Below are positions 1 to 10,459 of a DNA stretch of 64,000 nt, piece by piece. The position numbers and the translations under genes are program-made. The stretch comes from a virus (taxonomy: Duplodnaviria > Caudoviricetes), in the IMG/VR virus record IMGVR_UViG_3300017911_001818, positions 32,003 to 96,002 of that record; one strand, given 5' to 3'. Every line of letters starts with the position of its first letter. The first letter of the stretch is position 1. Under the pieces are notes generated by a model. That model was not told the origin of the DNA. It saw only the letters and a program-made list of their open reading frames with translations, and did no database searches.

Positions 1-486
1 ATTGACACCCCTGCCGTAGATATCTTTAGAAATAATCTAAAAGAAAAAAATAATAAAGTGTGCTTTTGGATGTTTGATATGAATGCAATCTCTTTTAGAT
101 ATAAATCTGAAAGCGAATTTCAAAGAGCTGGAAAAATAGAAACTTATTCTCAAGATCAATGGTATGAAATTTTACGTTATTTAAAAAGTAGGTTTGATGT
201 CGTAGAGCTTGATTATAGAACTCCTATTAGGGAAGTGTATTACCATCTCTCAACATGTGAATTCATATTTTCATATTCAGGAATCTATCATAACATAGCG
301 ACTTTTCTTAATAAGCCGATTATATCTATACTAAACATGAAATACTATCCTGCAGGATATCTTCAAATTAGATGTCCATATGAATTATTATGTCTACCAA
401 ATTTTAATGATTTACTGAATGATAAGTATTTTGATTCATTAATACAAGAAGCGAAGAGTCTAAGGAGACTTAAAAATGTACATTGA
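1..486 (+). CDS. 5'-truncated putative GT-B glycosyltransferase (GT9/heptosyltransferase-like C-terminus)
   Basis: Frame is open from base 1. The segment YSGIYHNIATFLNKPII resembles the GT9 (D)SG..H.A..L.KP motif. Lies in a glycan gene context. Confidence 0.45.
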   Translation: MDTPAVDIFRNNLKEKNNKVCFWMFDMNAISFRYKSESEFQRAGKIETYSQDQWYEILRYLKSRFDVVELDYRTPIREVYYHLSTCEFIFSYSGIYHNIATFLNKPIISILNMKYYPAGYLQIRCPYELLCLPNFNDLLNDKYFDSLIQEAKSLRRLKNVH

Positions 487-1432
487 TCGTGCTGTCATTG
501 AGATTAATGGTGGCTGTAATTATTCATGTCAGATGTGCCCACAGTCTCAACCAGGCGGCAGAGGTAAAAACTGGCTAAAGAAGATGTCTTTGGGAAGATT
601 TGAAAGTGTTATTGATCAGTTGGTTAATAGTGGGCTGCGGGTTGTTAACCTTGAGGGTAGTGGCGAGCCTACTCTTAATAGTAACCTTGATGAATATGTA
701 AGAGTTGTCAAGAAACATGGAGCGAAAGCTTTTATGTTCTCTAACGGTAATCGTATGCATGGTGACTACATGAAACGGGTCGTGGATGCTGGCGCAGACT
801 ACTTTCGCTTTTCAATTATCGGCTACAGTCCAGAGACATATTGGGCATGGATGAACTCAAAAGAGTTTACAAAAGTCATTAATAATCTCGAAGCTATGCA
901 GAGATATGTAGAAGACTCAGGCTCAGACTGTACTGTTGCAACATATCATCTTGTTATGGATAATGATAATGTTGATTATGAAGTAGAGCAATATCGCAAG
1001 ATTGTCGATAATGCTGGAGTAAAGACTGAAATCTGGAAGATGCATAACTGGTCAGGCGTATATGAACCAGAGTATGGTCGAGAGGGTAAGGTGAAGACTT
1101 GTGGGCGGCCATTCTCCCCAGACTTAGTTATTCGAGCAGGCGGCGCTCAGGGCAAATGGGGCGCTGTACATCCTTGTTGTCAGGTTCTCGGTAGGGATGA
1201 TGATGCTATTCTTGGGCATATGTCAGATAATACAGCAGAAGAAATTTGGAATGGTCATGAATACGAGCAGCTAAGGAAGCAACATACTACAGGAAATTAT
1301 CCTGACTTTTGTAAAGGTTGTGATTTTCTTATTGACGATCCGGAGGTGTTAGTATATACTAATCATCAAAGAGACCTATATAAGATGCACGGTACTGAGT
1401 TTAATTTAAATGATTACAGGAAAATTATATGA
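476..1432 (+). CDS. radical SAM protein with SPASM/twitch domain
   Basis: CNYSCQMC, GSGEPTL, and C-terminal PCC...C..C. Confidence 0.9.
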   Translation: MYIDRAVIEINGGCNYSCQMCPQSQPGGRGKNWLKKMSLGRFESVIDQLVNSGLRVVNLEGSGEPTLNSNLDEYVRVVKKHGAKAFMFSNGNRMHGDYMKRVVDAGADYFRFSIIGYSPETYWAWMNSKEFTKVINNLEAMQRYVEDSGSDCTVATYHLVMDNDNVDYEVEQYRKIVDNAGVKTEIWKMHNWSGVYEPEYGREGKVKTCGRPFSPDLVIRAGGAQGKWGAVHPCCQVLGRDDDAILGHMSDNTAEEIWNGHEYEQLRKQHTTGNYPDFCKGCDFLIDDPEVLVYTNHQRDLYKMHGTEFNLNDYRKII

Positions 1433-2226
1433 GCAATATTGCAAAGATTGGTATTATCGGTTATGGTTACGTAGGTAAGGCCATGGCTGCAGCCTTTGAT
1501 AAATCTGACCTACTTGATTATGATATTGTCGATCCAGCATATGAAGAGTATAATCAAGATTTAGTAGAGATGATGAAGAACTGCGACGCAGCAGTTGTAT
1601 GTGTGCCAACACCAGAGAGCGATGATGGTAAATGTGATGATTCTATTGTCATTGATGTAATCGAAAAGATTGGTCAAGATAAACCTATCTTGATTAAATC
1701 GACAACAGATATTGACACACTTCAGTTCTTCAAAGATAATTATCCGAATGTATGTTTTTCTCCAGAGTTTCTCCGTGGACGTAATGCTGTTGAAGATTTT
1801 TTAGCAGAGGATAAAATGATTATTGGTGGAGAGCCTGATCAAGCAGAGGGTTGGATGAATGTGTTTCAGTCTTGCTTAAACATTAAGAATGAAGTTTTTA
1901 TTGATATTGTAGAGGCTGGTTATGTTAAGTATGCAGAAAATTCATTCTTGGCTATGCGTGTAACTTTCTTCAATGATCTTTACAATCTAATGCAGAAGGC
2001 ACATCCTCAGCTGGATTATGACTCTACAGTTTATGCTCTTGGTGTTGACCCAAGGATTGGTCATTCGCACAATCAGGTTCCTGGGCCAGACGGGAGATAT
2101 GGTTGGGGCGGTCATTGTTTACCTAAAGATACTGCAGCTTTCGTAAATTTTGCTGAACGTAATAACACAAAGCTCCCGTTAATCGAATCTGTTCGAGACA
2201 TTAATATTACGCATCGGTCAAAATGA
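1429..2226 (+). CDS. ugd: UDP-glucose/GDP-mannose 6-dehydrogenase, short form without the C-terminal domain
   Basis: GYGYVG Rossmann motif, CVPTP, IKST, SPEFLR, KYAENSFLA, GWGGHCLPKD. Confidence 0.88.
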   Translation: MSNIAKIGIIGYGYVGKAMAAAFDKSDLLDYDIVDPAYEEYNQDLVEMMKNCDAAVVCVPTPESDDGKCDDSIVIDVIEKIGQDKPILIKSTTDIDTLQFFKDNYPNVCFSPEFLRGRNAVEDFLAEDKMIIGGEPDQAEGWMNVFQSCLNIKNEVFIDIVEAGYVKYAENSFLAMRVTFFNDLYNLMQKAHPQLDYDSTVYALGVDPRIGHSHNQVPGPDGRYGWGGHCLPKDTAAFVNFAERNNTKLPLIESVRDINITHRSK

Positions 2227-3002
2227 AAAACTTAATTTATCAAGTATCAGTCGGTAAACCATCGAAGCTATATCAGCACTGTATTCAATCAGTAGCTGGA
2301 TATTGTAAGAAACACAATATCGAACATTATGTTTTGACTAAACCAAAGCTGAGGATTAATCCTAATCCTTTTACGTCAAATCGTTCTGAAGGCGCATCAC
2401 GTCTTGGATATTTGCCGATTTATGAAAAAGAGAACGCATTTGATCTGCTCCCAAAGTATGATCAAATAGCTATCGTTGATAGCGATATTTACATTCGTCC
2501 AGACAGCCCAAATATTTTTGATGAGTTTGGTACAGATAAACCTTTTGGTGCTGTCTGTGAACGTGAGATGCCGATTAACAGACAGTATGCATCTAAGATT
2601 CATAACTATTCAGGTATGCAGTATCATAACTTACATGGCCTGAAGGGATTAGATTTTAAACCAAACAAGCTAGGATATGAATTTTATAACATGGGGCTGA
2701 TGTTAATGAACCAGTCTTTCTATGATATTATCCAAAAAATGCCGGCAAAACAATGGGTTACACAATCTGAGTTTCAGCCATTCATTGACGGTGTGGGTAA
2801 CTGGAAGTGGTCTACTGACCAGACGCTACTTAACTATTTCATGAAGTCCAGAAAAGTTGATGTTAAACACATGCATTGGAAATGGAACGGACTTTATACT
2901 GCTAACACTAAAATCTCAGAGTGTCACTTTGTCCACTTTTTTCTAAAAGATAAACTTCCAGAGCGTGGCGAGAATGTTACTCAGTTAATGGAGCAAATTT
3001 AA
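2223..3002 (+). CDS. GT-A glycosyltransferase (GT8/GT34-like)
   Basis: VDSD DxD motif, YNMGLML, DQTLLN, WKWN, HF. Confidence 0.75.
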   Translation: MKNLIYQVSVGKPSKLYQHCIQSVAGYCKKHNIEHYVLTKPKLRINPNPFTSNRSEGASRLGYLPIYEKENAFDLLPKYDQIAIVDSDIYIRPDSPNIFDEFGTDKPFGAVCEREMPINRQYASKIHNYSGMQYHNLHGLKGLDFKPNKLGYEFYNMGLMLMNQSFYDIIQKMPAKQWVTQSEFQPFIDGVGNWKWSTDQTLLNYFMKSRKVDVKHMHWKWNGLYTANTKISECHFVHFFLKDKLPERGENVTQLMEQI

Positions 3003-3449
3003 ATGCGAAAAACATTAATTTCTCATCGTGGTAATGTAAATGGGATTAACAAAGATCTTGAGAATAATCCTGAATATATTGATCAGGCTCTAGATCATGG
3101 TTATCATTGTGAGATCGATGTATGGCGCCACAAAGATAAGTTTTATCTTGGCCACGATGAGCCTATGTACAAGATTCCAATTAAATGGTTGATGAATCGT
3201 AAATGGAATTTGTGGGTACACTGTAAAAATATCGAGGCATTAGAACATATGTCTCGATATTACCTCAACTACTTCTGGCATGAGAGTGATAAGTACACAA
3301 TGACCTCTCGAAGATGGGTATGGGCTTATCCAGGTCAAAGAACCTCTACTAAATATAACAGAACGATTGCAGTATTGCCAGAATGGGACAATACTGATGT
3401 GAGCGAATTTGCCGGAGTCTGTTCGGATTTTATTGAACAATATAAATGA
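3003..3449 (+). CDS. glycerophosphodiester phosphodiesterase/PI-PLC-like protein
   Basis: ISHRGN, EN, EIDV, LGHD, HCKN, GVCSD. Confidence 0.75.
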   Translation: MRKTLISHRGNVNGINKDLENNPEYIDQALDHGYHCEIDVWRHKDKFYLGHDEPMYKIPIKWLMNRKWNLWVHCKNIEALEHMSRYYLNYFWHESDKYTMTSRRWVWAYPGQRTSTKYNRTIAVLPEWDNTDVSEFAGVCSDFIEQYK

Positions 3450-4147
3450 AAATTGCAGTTTGTTTTAGTGGGTTATATCGAAAAAATATAAGAATAAATC
3501 CATATTATTTGCATGCTAATTACGAAAAGGCATTTCCAGATGCTGATTTTTTCTATCACACATGGGATGAATACGTAACAGATATACCTGTAATCTATCA
3601 TGATGCTTTATCTTCATGCCCCGAACCTTTTGTAAATTATCATACCGTTTTTGATGTTTCGGTAAGTAGCCCTCACCCCAAGTTTCCAGAATATAAAAAA
3701 GGCAACATACCAGACACAAAGAAGACAAAGCTTTTGCGTCAAACAAAACAAATCCTAGGGCACGCTGATTTATTGTCTAAAATCCCACAAGATTATGATG
3801 TTATTGTCAGGGCTAGATATGATGTGAACATTTGGGATGTAAATTACGATGAATTTTTAAATATGGCCGCCGAAGGAACGCCAGTTGGTTTCGTTACTAA
3901 GCCAAAACAAGGCCAGGAGTTCGGTAAATTACATGAGGCAACGAAAGAAGACGAAGAAACTTGGCTAGGGCATTTGCCTGATTACATGATAATTCACAAC
4001 CGAAAAAAATTTGATAGTGAATATGTTTTTCGACTTCATCATGAACAAAATTTACTCCCGGGCGAATGGGGTTGGTGGCAAGTTCTGAGTGAACCATATG
4101 GTGATAATCACAGGGTATTTTGTGGATATGCACAGATAGTAAGATAA
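3446..4147 (+). CDS. putative glycosyltransferase-like protein, paralog of 7123..7863
   Basis: MKIAVCFSG..R start, HTW, YD.IVRARYD; QTKQIL.HA and E.GWWQVLS are shared with 7123..7863. Confidence 0.55.
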   Translation: MKIAVCFSGLYRKNIRINPYYLHANYEKAFPDADFFYHTWDEYVTDIPVIYHDALSSCPEPFVNYHTVFDVSVSSPHPKFPEYKKGNIPDTKKTKLLRQTKQILGHADLLSKIPQDYDVIVRARYDVNIWDVNYDEFLNMAAEGTPVGFVTKPKQGQEFGKLHEATKEDEETWLGHLPDYMIIHNRKKFDSEYVFRLHHEQNLLPGEWGWWQVLSEPYGDNHRVFCGYAQIVR

Positions 4148-4162
4148 TATTGAAAGTTTAAA

Positions 4163-5515
4163 ATGATAAAATTAGTTCTTTTTGATTTAGATGGCGTTTT
4201 GATCGACGCAAAAAAAATTCATTATCAAGCATTAAACGAAGCCCTACCCAAAGACTATCAGATTAGTCGAACCGAACATATTAACATTTACGACGGTAAG
4301 AAAACCACTGAAAAGCTGGAAATGCTAACAGAAAGAAAAAGCTTACCTGAAAATCTCCATCAACAAATTAGTGTTCAAAAGCAAAAGAAGACGATGACTT
4401 TGCTTTCGCAACTTAAACCCATAGCAGAGATCGTAAGTCTCTTTAAGGAGCTAGAGAAACAGGGGTATACTATAGGTGTGTGCTCTAATTCTATCCGTCG
4501 CACGGTCCTAACAGCGCTTGCAAAGAGCAAACTAATTGAGTATTGCTCAGTCATTATTTCTAATGAGGATGTGAAAAACTCCAAACCTCATCCAGAAATG
4601 TATTGGAAGGCTATGTCTGTTATGGGAGTGCTGCCCGAAGAAACACTTATTGTAGAAGATTCGCCACCGGGACTTTTAGCAGCCGCTAGAAGCAGGGCTA
4701 AGTATATTCGAGTAGATGATCCTTATGATTTGACACGGGAAAAAATATTCTCGAATTTACAAGGTGGAGAAATTATGCAAAAATGGAAATCTGATAAACT
4801 TAATGTTCTGATCCCCATGGCAGGAGCAGGAACACGTTTCGCTCAAGCTGGGTACAGTTTCCCGAAGCCTTTGATTCAAGTTCATACAAAGCCGATGATC
4901 CAAGTGGTGACAGAAAATCTGGGGCTTGAGGCTAATTTTATCTATGTTGTTCAAAAAGAACATAGAGAAAAATTTAATCTTGATACAATGCTGAACCTCA
5001 TCGCACCAAACTGTAAAATTATTGAAGTGGATGGCATAACAGAAGGTGCAGCTTGTACAGCGTTGTTAGCTAAAGAGCATATTGATAATGAGAATCCACT
5101 ATTTTTTGCTAATTCAGATCAATTTGTGGAATGGAATCCTCTAGAATTTATGTATGAAATGCAGGAACGGGATGCTGATGGTGGGATTGTTACGTTCAAA
5201 GCTACACATCCAAAATGGTCCTTTGCTAAAGTGAATGAAGAAGATATCGTCACTGAGGTTGCAGAAAAGAATCCTATTTCAGATAATGCGACAGTTGGAT
5301 ACTACTATTGGAAACATGGCTCGGATTTCGTTAAATATGCCGAACAGATGATAGAAAAAGATATTAGAGTGAACAATGAATTCTATGTCTGTCCTGTGTT
5401 TAACGAGGCTATCGAGGATAATAAACAAATTAGAATCCATAAAGCCAAGGATATGTGGGGATTAGGTACTCCAGAAGACTTAGAATATTTTTTAAATAAT
5501 TACGGTACGAAATAA
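4163..5515 (+). CDS. HAD-family phosphatase fused to sugar-phosphate nucleotidyltransferase
   Basis: FDLDGVL, KPHP and VEDS in the N-terminal half; IPMAGAGTRF..PKPLI, AEK, EFYV.P and GTPEDL in the C-terminal half. Confidence 0.9.
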   Translation: MIKLVLFDLDGVLIDAKKIHYQALNEALPKDYQISRTEHINIYDGKKTTEKLEMLTERKSLPENLHQQISVQKQKKTMTLLSQLKPIAEIVSLFKELEKQGYTIGVCSNSIRRTVLTALAKSKLIEYCSVIISNEDVKNSKPHPEMYWKAMSVMGVLPEETLIVEDSPPGLLAAARSRAKYIRVDDPYDLTREKIFSNLQGGEIMQKWKSDKLNVLIPMAGAGTRFAQAGYSFPKPLIQVHTKPMIQVVTENLGLEANFIYVVQKEHREKFNLDTMLNLIAPNCKIIEVDGITEGAACTALLAKEHIDNENPLFFANSDQFVEWNPLEFMYEMQERDADGGIVTFKATHPKWSFAKVNEEDIVTEVAEKNPISDNATVGYYYWKHGSDFVKYAEQMIEKDIRVNNEFYVCPVFNEAIEDNKQIRIHKAKDMWGLGTPEDLEYFLNNYGTK

Positions 5516-6357
5516 TGACAAAAGCTGTATTCGTTGCTCCAATTGCTAGTAAACATTTTGATGTAGGTGTAGATTTCGTTGAATCCTACAATAAACATTT
5601 TGATGATGATAACTTATATCTCGTTTTTTCTAATGAAAAGGAATGTCAACTCTTTTTTGATAAATTAAAGGAAGATATTAGATTTAAATACATCGTTTGT
5701 GACGAAGAGTTATATTGTTCAAAGCCGATGACACAGAAAAAAATCTTCGGTGTAAAGTGGGTTTATGATAATGTCCCTGAAGTCGATTATGTCGGGGTCA
5801 TTGATGTCGATTCAAGGTTCGTGCGTAACTTTGATTACCCGAAAAGATTTGAGGAAATTTGCGATAAAAAGACGATTTATGGTTCTCCGATCGCAGATAA
5901 TGGCGTAAGAACCAAGTGTATTATCGACCCTGCAAGAAAGTTTTTTAATGAAATTGATTTTAAGATAATTCAACAGACTACAAAAAACTTTACGATATAC
6001 ACTTGGTTCAATGAAATCCCTGTTTATGATCGAAAATATTTTTATGAGTTTTTGGATTATATTAAATACACAACGATTCTACCTCGACTAACATATGCCG
6101 ACTTTGATTTTACCCTTTACACATATTTTCTTTATGCCAAGGGGTATTATAAATTAGAAGTGATGACAACTCAAAATGGCGATCCTTTGCCGGGAACTAT
6201 TAGTGGTAGTTTCGTCGAAGATCATGTTCGTTCAAACATGTCCAGATTAATTTTCGAGGATGTTTTCGCAAAATACAAGCCCATGTGGATACGTAATCCC
6301 ATTAGCGAAAATCTGATGTCAAACGTTTTCATGCGGTTGCATACTGATTGGAAATAA
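5515..6357 (+). CDS. putative GT-A fold protein
   Basis: VIDVD motif preceded by KK..G; TAATG coupling within the operon. Confidence 0.45.
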   Translation: MTKAVFVAPIASKHFDVGVDFVESYNKHFDDDNLYLVFSNEKECQLFFDKLKEDIRFKYIVCDEELYCSKPMTQKKIFGVKWVYDNVPEVDYVGVIDVDSRFVRNFDYPKRFEEICDKKTIYGSPIADNGVRTKCIIDPARKFFNEIDFKIIQQTTKNFTIYTWFNEIPVYDRKYFYEFLDYIKYTTILPRLTYADFDFTLYTYFLYAKGYYKLEVMTTQNGDPLPGTISGSFVEDHVRSNMSRLIFEDVFAKYKPMWIRNPISENLMSNVFMRLHTDWK

Positions 6358-6358
6358 A

Positions 6359-7123
6359 ATGAAGAATGCTATATTTCAATATTATCTTAATTTTAATGGA
6401 GTTGGTAAGCAAGGCGCTCATTATCCAACAGAAGGTAAACCTGAATGGGTTGAGCGTTCTGTGCAATATTTTAAAGAATACGCTAAAAAGCATGGCGCAG
6501 AATATTTTTTCTTTGAAGATCGTTATGTTAATGCAACGTCAAATTTTTTTGAAATTTTAAGGCTGTATAAAGATCCTATCTTCGATAAATTTGATAATGT
6601 ATTGTATCTAGATGTTGATGTCATGCCAAAAAATATGGATGCTAATATTTTTGATATTCATTTTGGAGATGTAGCTGGATGGCCAGAATGGCGTGCGCCT
6701 GAAATCGCTGTTTCGATAAACTGGAATGCAAATCATCAGATAGCTAGTAGGTTTGCTGACTTTGGTGCACCTGTTGTGCCTTCGAAATCAGCTCCTACTA
6801 ATCTTCGCATGATAAACTCTGGGGTTATGCTTTGGAAAAAGCGAGCTAGAATAAAAGCCAGAGAATCGTTTGACGATCATGAAAAATGGTTTCATCATAA
6901 AAATGCGCTACTTGATTCAAAATGGACTAGCGCAGGACATAGTTCCCACTGTCTTGATCAGCCATTCCTTAATGCCATGTTTAATAAAAATAATTTTAAA
7001 GTAACTGAGCTGGGTATGGAATGGAATAGATTCCCAACAAAAAAAGAAAGTTTTCCTTGTAACTTTGCACATTATGTTGGGGATTACAGATACAATATTC
7101 CAAAGATGTTTGAGGAATTATAA
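6359..7123 (+). CDS. GT8-like glycosyltransferase
   Basis: LYLDVDV, INSGVML, DQPFLN, EWN, HY. Confidence 0.78.
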   Translation: MKNAIFQYYLNFNGVGKQGAHYPTEGKPEWVERSVQYFKEYAKKHGAEYFFFEDRYVNATSNFFEILRLYKDPIFDKFDNVLYLDVDVMPKNMDANIFDIHFGDVAGWPEWRAPEIAVSINWNANHQIASRFADFGAPVVPSKSAPTNLRMINSGVMLWKKRARIKARESFDDHEKWFHHKNALLDSKWTSAGHSSHCLDQPFLNAMFNKNNFKVTELGMEWNRFPTKKESFPCNFAHYVGDYRYNIPKMFEEL

Positions 7124-7863
7124 TGAAAGTTGCAGTTTGCGTCTCGGGCTTGCCAAGAAGCAGTATCAGGGAGGATGTTAGACCTAATATTGAACGGCTC
7201 GAAGAAAATTTCCCTGATGCCGATTTTTATTTTAGCACATGGTTAAGTCAAAAAGAGTATATTAGTAAATATTTTCCTGATAAAACAGTAGCATTTTTTC
7301 CTGAGCCAAAAGTTGATTATCATCCTTTCGTTGATGCAGATATTGACTTTCATGAAGTTACCCCCAAGCTTGAAAAGACTATTAATCAAGCGAAGCAAAA
7401 CAAAGTATTTCGAGAAACTTCTTCTCATCAAACGAAACAAATTTTAGCTCATGCATGTGCAGTTGATTATATTACATCTGATTATGATATTATAATTAGA
7501 GCACGTTGGGATACATGGACAGCTAAAAACGCCAAGAAACATTTTAATAATTTTGCTAAAATAGCCGCAGCGATGAATTGTGCAGTAGGCTTTGGCACTT
7601 TAAAAGAACACTGGAGTATGTTTAATCAACCCTTTAATATTTCTGATAACGAGGGGTATCATTATAATTTTCTTTTTGATCAATTAATTATTCATCCAAA
7701 GAAAATATTTAATACTGATAATGTATGGAAGCTACATAAAGAAAAACTACTTCTCGCTGCAGAGTTTGGCTGGTGGCAAGTTCTTTCTAAAAATAATAAT
7801 CATATTTCTATATCCGGATTAGCCAACCCAGATAGAAGTGTATCTCCAGAGTTTTTAATTTAA
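7123..7863 (+). CDS. putative glycosyltransferase-like protein, paralog of 3446..4147
   Basis: MKVAVCVSG..R, YDIIIRARWD, EFGWWQVLS. Confidence 0.55.
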   Translation: MKVAVCVSGLPRSSIREDVRPNIERLEENFPDADFYFSTWLSQKEYISKYFPDKTVAFFPEPKVDYHPFVDADIDFHEVTPKLEKTINQAKQNKVFRETSSHQTKQILAHACAVDYITSDYDIIIRARWDTWTAKNAKKHFNNFAKIAAAMNCAVGFGTLKEHWSMFNQPFNISDNEGYHYNFLFDQLIIHPKKIFNTDNVWKLHKEKLLLAAEFGWWQVLSKNNNHISISGLANPDRSVSPEFLI

Positions 7864-8558
7864 TGAAGACTTGCATTTTTCAATATTGGATTGGTGAAGA
7901 ACCTCAGTGGGTCAAAATCAGCAAGAGAAAGTTTAAAGAATATGCTGATGCTGTTGGCGCAGATTATATCTTTTCAAATCAACTAAAATACTGTGATAAC
8001 TCTTACTTCGAAAATCTAAGAGTATTACATGATCCATTATTTTCTAAGTACGATAGAGTATTATATGTTGATGTTGATGTAATACCAGAAAATTTTAACA
8101 ATATTTTTGATGAGGAAATTAGAGATATTGGATTAATTCCAGAATACAGGCCAAAGGGTATGAATGCTGATCCATTTTTTGGATTGACAAAAGTCGAAAT
8201 TCAATATAAACTAGCTGCATCATATTTTAAAGTTCCTGTTCACACCCCGAAGACAGTAAAAGCTTCATATTTAATGTTTAACAGTGGTGTTATTCTTTGG
8301 TCAAAAGAAGGAATACAAAAGGCTGCTAAACATTTTATGAACTGGGAAAGATGGCATTATAAACTTGAAGGTAACATGTCTTTAGATCAGCCATATATAA
8401 ATGGTCAGGTTCAGAAACATTTAGATTATACAGAGCTAGAATTAAAATGGAACTGCTATCCTAAATTTAGATTTTATGAAGGTAAAGAGCCTAAAGAAAT
8501 GAACTTCGTTCATTACACTGGCGGTAAGAAAAAATACATAGAGGAATATTATGAGTGA
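7863..8558 (+). CDS. GT8-like glycosyltransferase, paralog of 6359..7123
   Basis: LYVDVDV, FNSGVIL, DQPYIN, KWN, HYTGGKK. Confidence 0.8.
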   Translation: MKTCIFQYWIGEEPQWVKISKRKFKEYADAVGADYIFSNQLKYCDNSYFENLRVLHDPLFSKYDRVLYVDVDVIPENFNNIFDEEIRDIGLIPEYRPKGMNADPFFGLTKVEIQYKLAASYFKVPVHTPKTVKASYLMFNSGVILWSKEGIQKAAKHFMNWERWHYKLEGNMSLDQPYINGQVQKHLDYTELELKWNCYPKFRFYEGKEPKEMNFVHYTGGKKKYIEEYYE

Positions 8559-9132
8559 GTATACAAAAATTAATGTTGGTTGTGGTTGGGAAACTAGAGA
8601 TGGCTGGTTAAACGTTGACAATACACAAAAACATCAACGAGTTAATTATCCAATCACGTTTATGGATGCAACTACAACTTGGCCTCATGAAGATAATACA
8701 TTTGAGTACGTATTAAGCGAGCATATGATTGAGCATATTCCAGCTAAAAAGGGACTAGCATTTCTAAAAGAAGCATTTAGATGTTTACAAAGTGGAGGCG
8801 TGATTCGAGTCTCTTGCCCTGAGCGTGGCTTTTTTGAGTCTCTACCTGGGAATGACGATCATCCGTTCGTCGTAAATTATTCTAGAAAAATTTTTAACAG
8901 AGAGCCTTCTTTTGGCGTTTCCAAGCGCATTTCTGATAGGACTTTGTTTGAACAGGGGCATGTTTGGGTTCCAACAACACAGCAACTTATCGACCAAGTA
9001 GCCAAGGCAGGATTTGTTGATGTTAAAAGTGTTGAGTATGGTAAATCTGAACACGAGGCTTTTAATGGTATCGAAGTTAATGATGGTGTTCGTAATTGGG
9101 AGTCTGTGGTAGTTGAGGGAACTAAGCCATGA
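8551..9132 (+). CDS. class I SAM-dependent methyltransferase (type 11-like)
   Basis: NVGCG, W.NVD, EHMIEH, L..GG.IR..P. Confidence 0.85.
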   Translation: MSEYTKINVGCGWETRDGWLNVDNTQKHQRVNYPITFMDATTTWPHEDNTFEYVLSEHMIEHIPAKKGLAFLKEAFRCLQSGGVIRVSCPERGFFESLPGNDDHPFVVNYSRKIFNREPSFGVSKRISDRTLFEQGHVWVPTTQQLIDQVAKAGFVDVKSVEYGKSEHEAFNGIEVNDGVRNWESVVVEGTKP

Positions 9133-9770
9133 GTGAAATGAGAAAGCTTTTTGATAAATATAAATGTGACAAAGGTCACAAGCATGAATATGATATAGTT
9201 TATGAGCCTGATTTTGAAGCTCTAAAAGAACAACCAATTAATATCTTAGACATTGGCATATGGAAAGGTGCGTCAATGGAGGCTTGGTTGGATTACTTTC
9301 CAAACGCAACGGTTTATGGGATTGATATTTTTACAAGATTAAATCCAGAAGAAGTACCAGCTTTATCAAAAGATAGAACTAAATGGCTGCAGGGAGATAG
9401 CACGTCTCCTAAGATTGTAAAAGAAATTAAGAAAGCTTGGGGTAATGTTAAATTCGATATTATAATTGATGATGGTAAGCATACACCAGAGGCAAATCAG
9501 CTTACATTTAGGCATACCTTTCCTTTCTTAAAAGAAGACGGTAGATATTATGTTGAAGATGTTTTTCCGTTTGATATTATGACTCAGAAAGAACTTCAGG
9601 ATCCTTGGTTAAAAGCAAATCCTGATGAATACAATCTTTTTAAATACATGCAATTTTTAAATGAAATTTCTCCCTATAAAACTAAACATTTTGATGGTCG
9701 ATATAAACACAGATCACCAACACACGTCGGGGTGTACCTTGACAGCTATATTATTAGAGTGAATCGATGA
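9129..9770 (+). CDS. sugar O-methyltransferase (MycE/TylE-like class I)
   Basis: DKGHKHEY, LDIGI..GAS, GIDI, DIIIDDGKH, YYVED. Confidence 0.8.
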   Translation: MSEMRKLFDKYKCDKGHKHEYDIVYEPDFEALKEQPINILDIGIWKGASMEAWLDYFPNATVYGIDIFTRLNPEEVPALSKDRTKWLQGDSTSPKIVKEIKKAWGNVKFDIIIDDGKHTPEANQLTFRHTFPFLKEDGRYYVEDVFPFDIMTQKELQDPWLKANPDEYNLFKYMQFLNEISPYKTKHFDGRYKHRSPTHVGVYLDSYIIRVNR

Positions 9771-10456
9771 AAGCGTATGTGATTGCACTTTTTAATGATC
9801 AGTATAGTATAACCTGTGCTCGAAGGACTGTAGATACTGCTCGACATTTTAATCAAGACTTACATATCGAAATGGTGAAGGCTACTACTCCTGGAGAAAC
9901 TATTGATTGGGAGTACACTTACCCCTTACAGGGAGAGAAGAAAGAAGATCATGGTTTACACTTAGTGGGTTATCGTTCAGACAATCACAGAAAAATTATG
10001 GCATGTGCTATTTCTCATCTTAAACTTTGGGACCTCTGTGTAGAAAAGAACGAGCCAATTATTATTCTCGAGCATGATGCTGTTTTTACTAGAAAATTTA
10101 AACTTTCTAGAATCTCTAACCATATCGAAGATGGCGATATTTGTATGATCAATGATCCACGTGGAGCTACTCGAAGAGGTCAGATGTATCATCAAAACAT
10201 TATTAAATGGGATTATGGTATGCATATTGTTGATGGTGTAAACATGCCTGATGAAAAAAATCCAGACGGTCTCGCTGGAAATAGCGCATATGTAATTACA
10301 CCCTCAGCTGCAAAGAAAGCTGCAGAAATGCAAAGAGAGATTGGTCTTTGGCCGAATGATGCTTTGCTTTGTAAGCAGTTCTTCCCAAGAAAACTCAAGT
10401 CTTATTACCCCTATATAACTAGAGTAGAGCAAAAACGTTCAACAACAACGAGTTAA
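9767..10456 (+). CDS. glycosyltransferase family 25-like
   Basis: C..SH..LW, IILEHDA, AYVITP..A. Confidence 0.82.
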   Translation: MKAYVIALFNDQYSITCARRTVDTARHFNQDLHIEMVKATTPGETIDWEYTYPLQGEKKEDHGLHLVGYRSDNHRKIMACAISHLKLWDLCVEKNEPIIILEHDAVFTRKFKLSRISNHIEDGDICMINDPRGATRRGQMYHQNIIKWDYGMHIVDGVNMPDEKNPDGLAGNSAYVITPSAAKKAAEMQREIGLWPNDALLCKQFFPRKLKSYYPYITRVEQKRSTTTS

Positions 10457-10459
10457 ATT

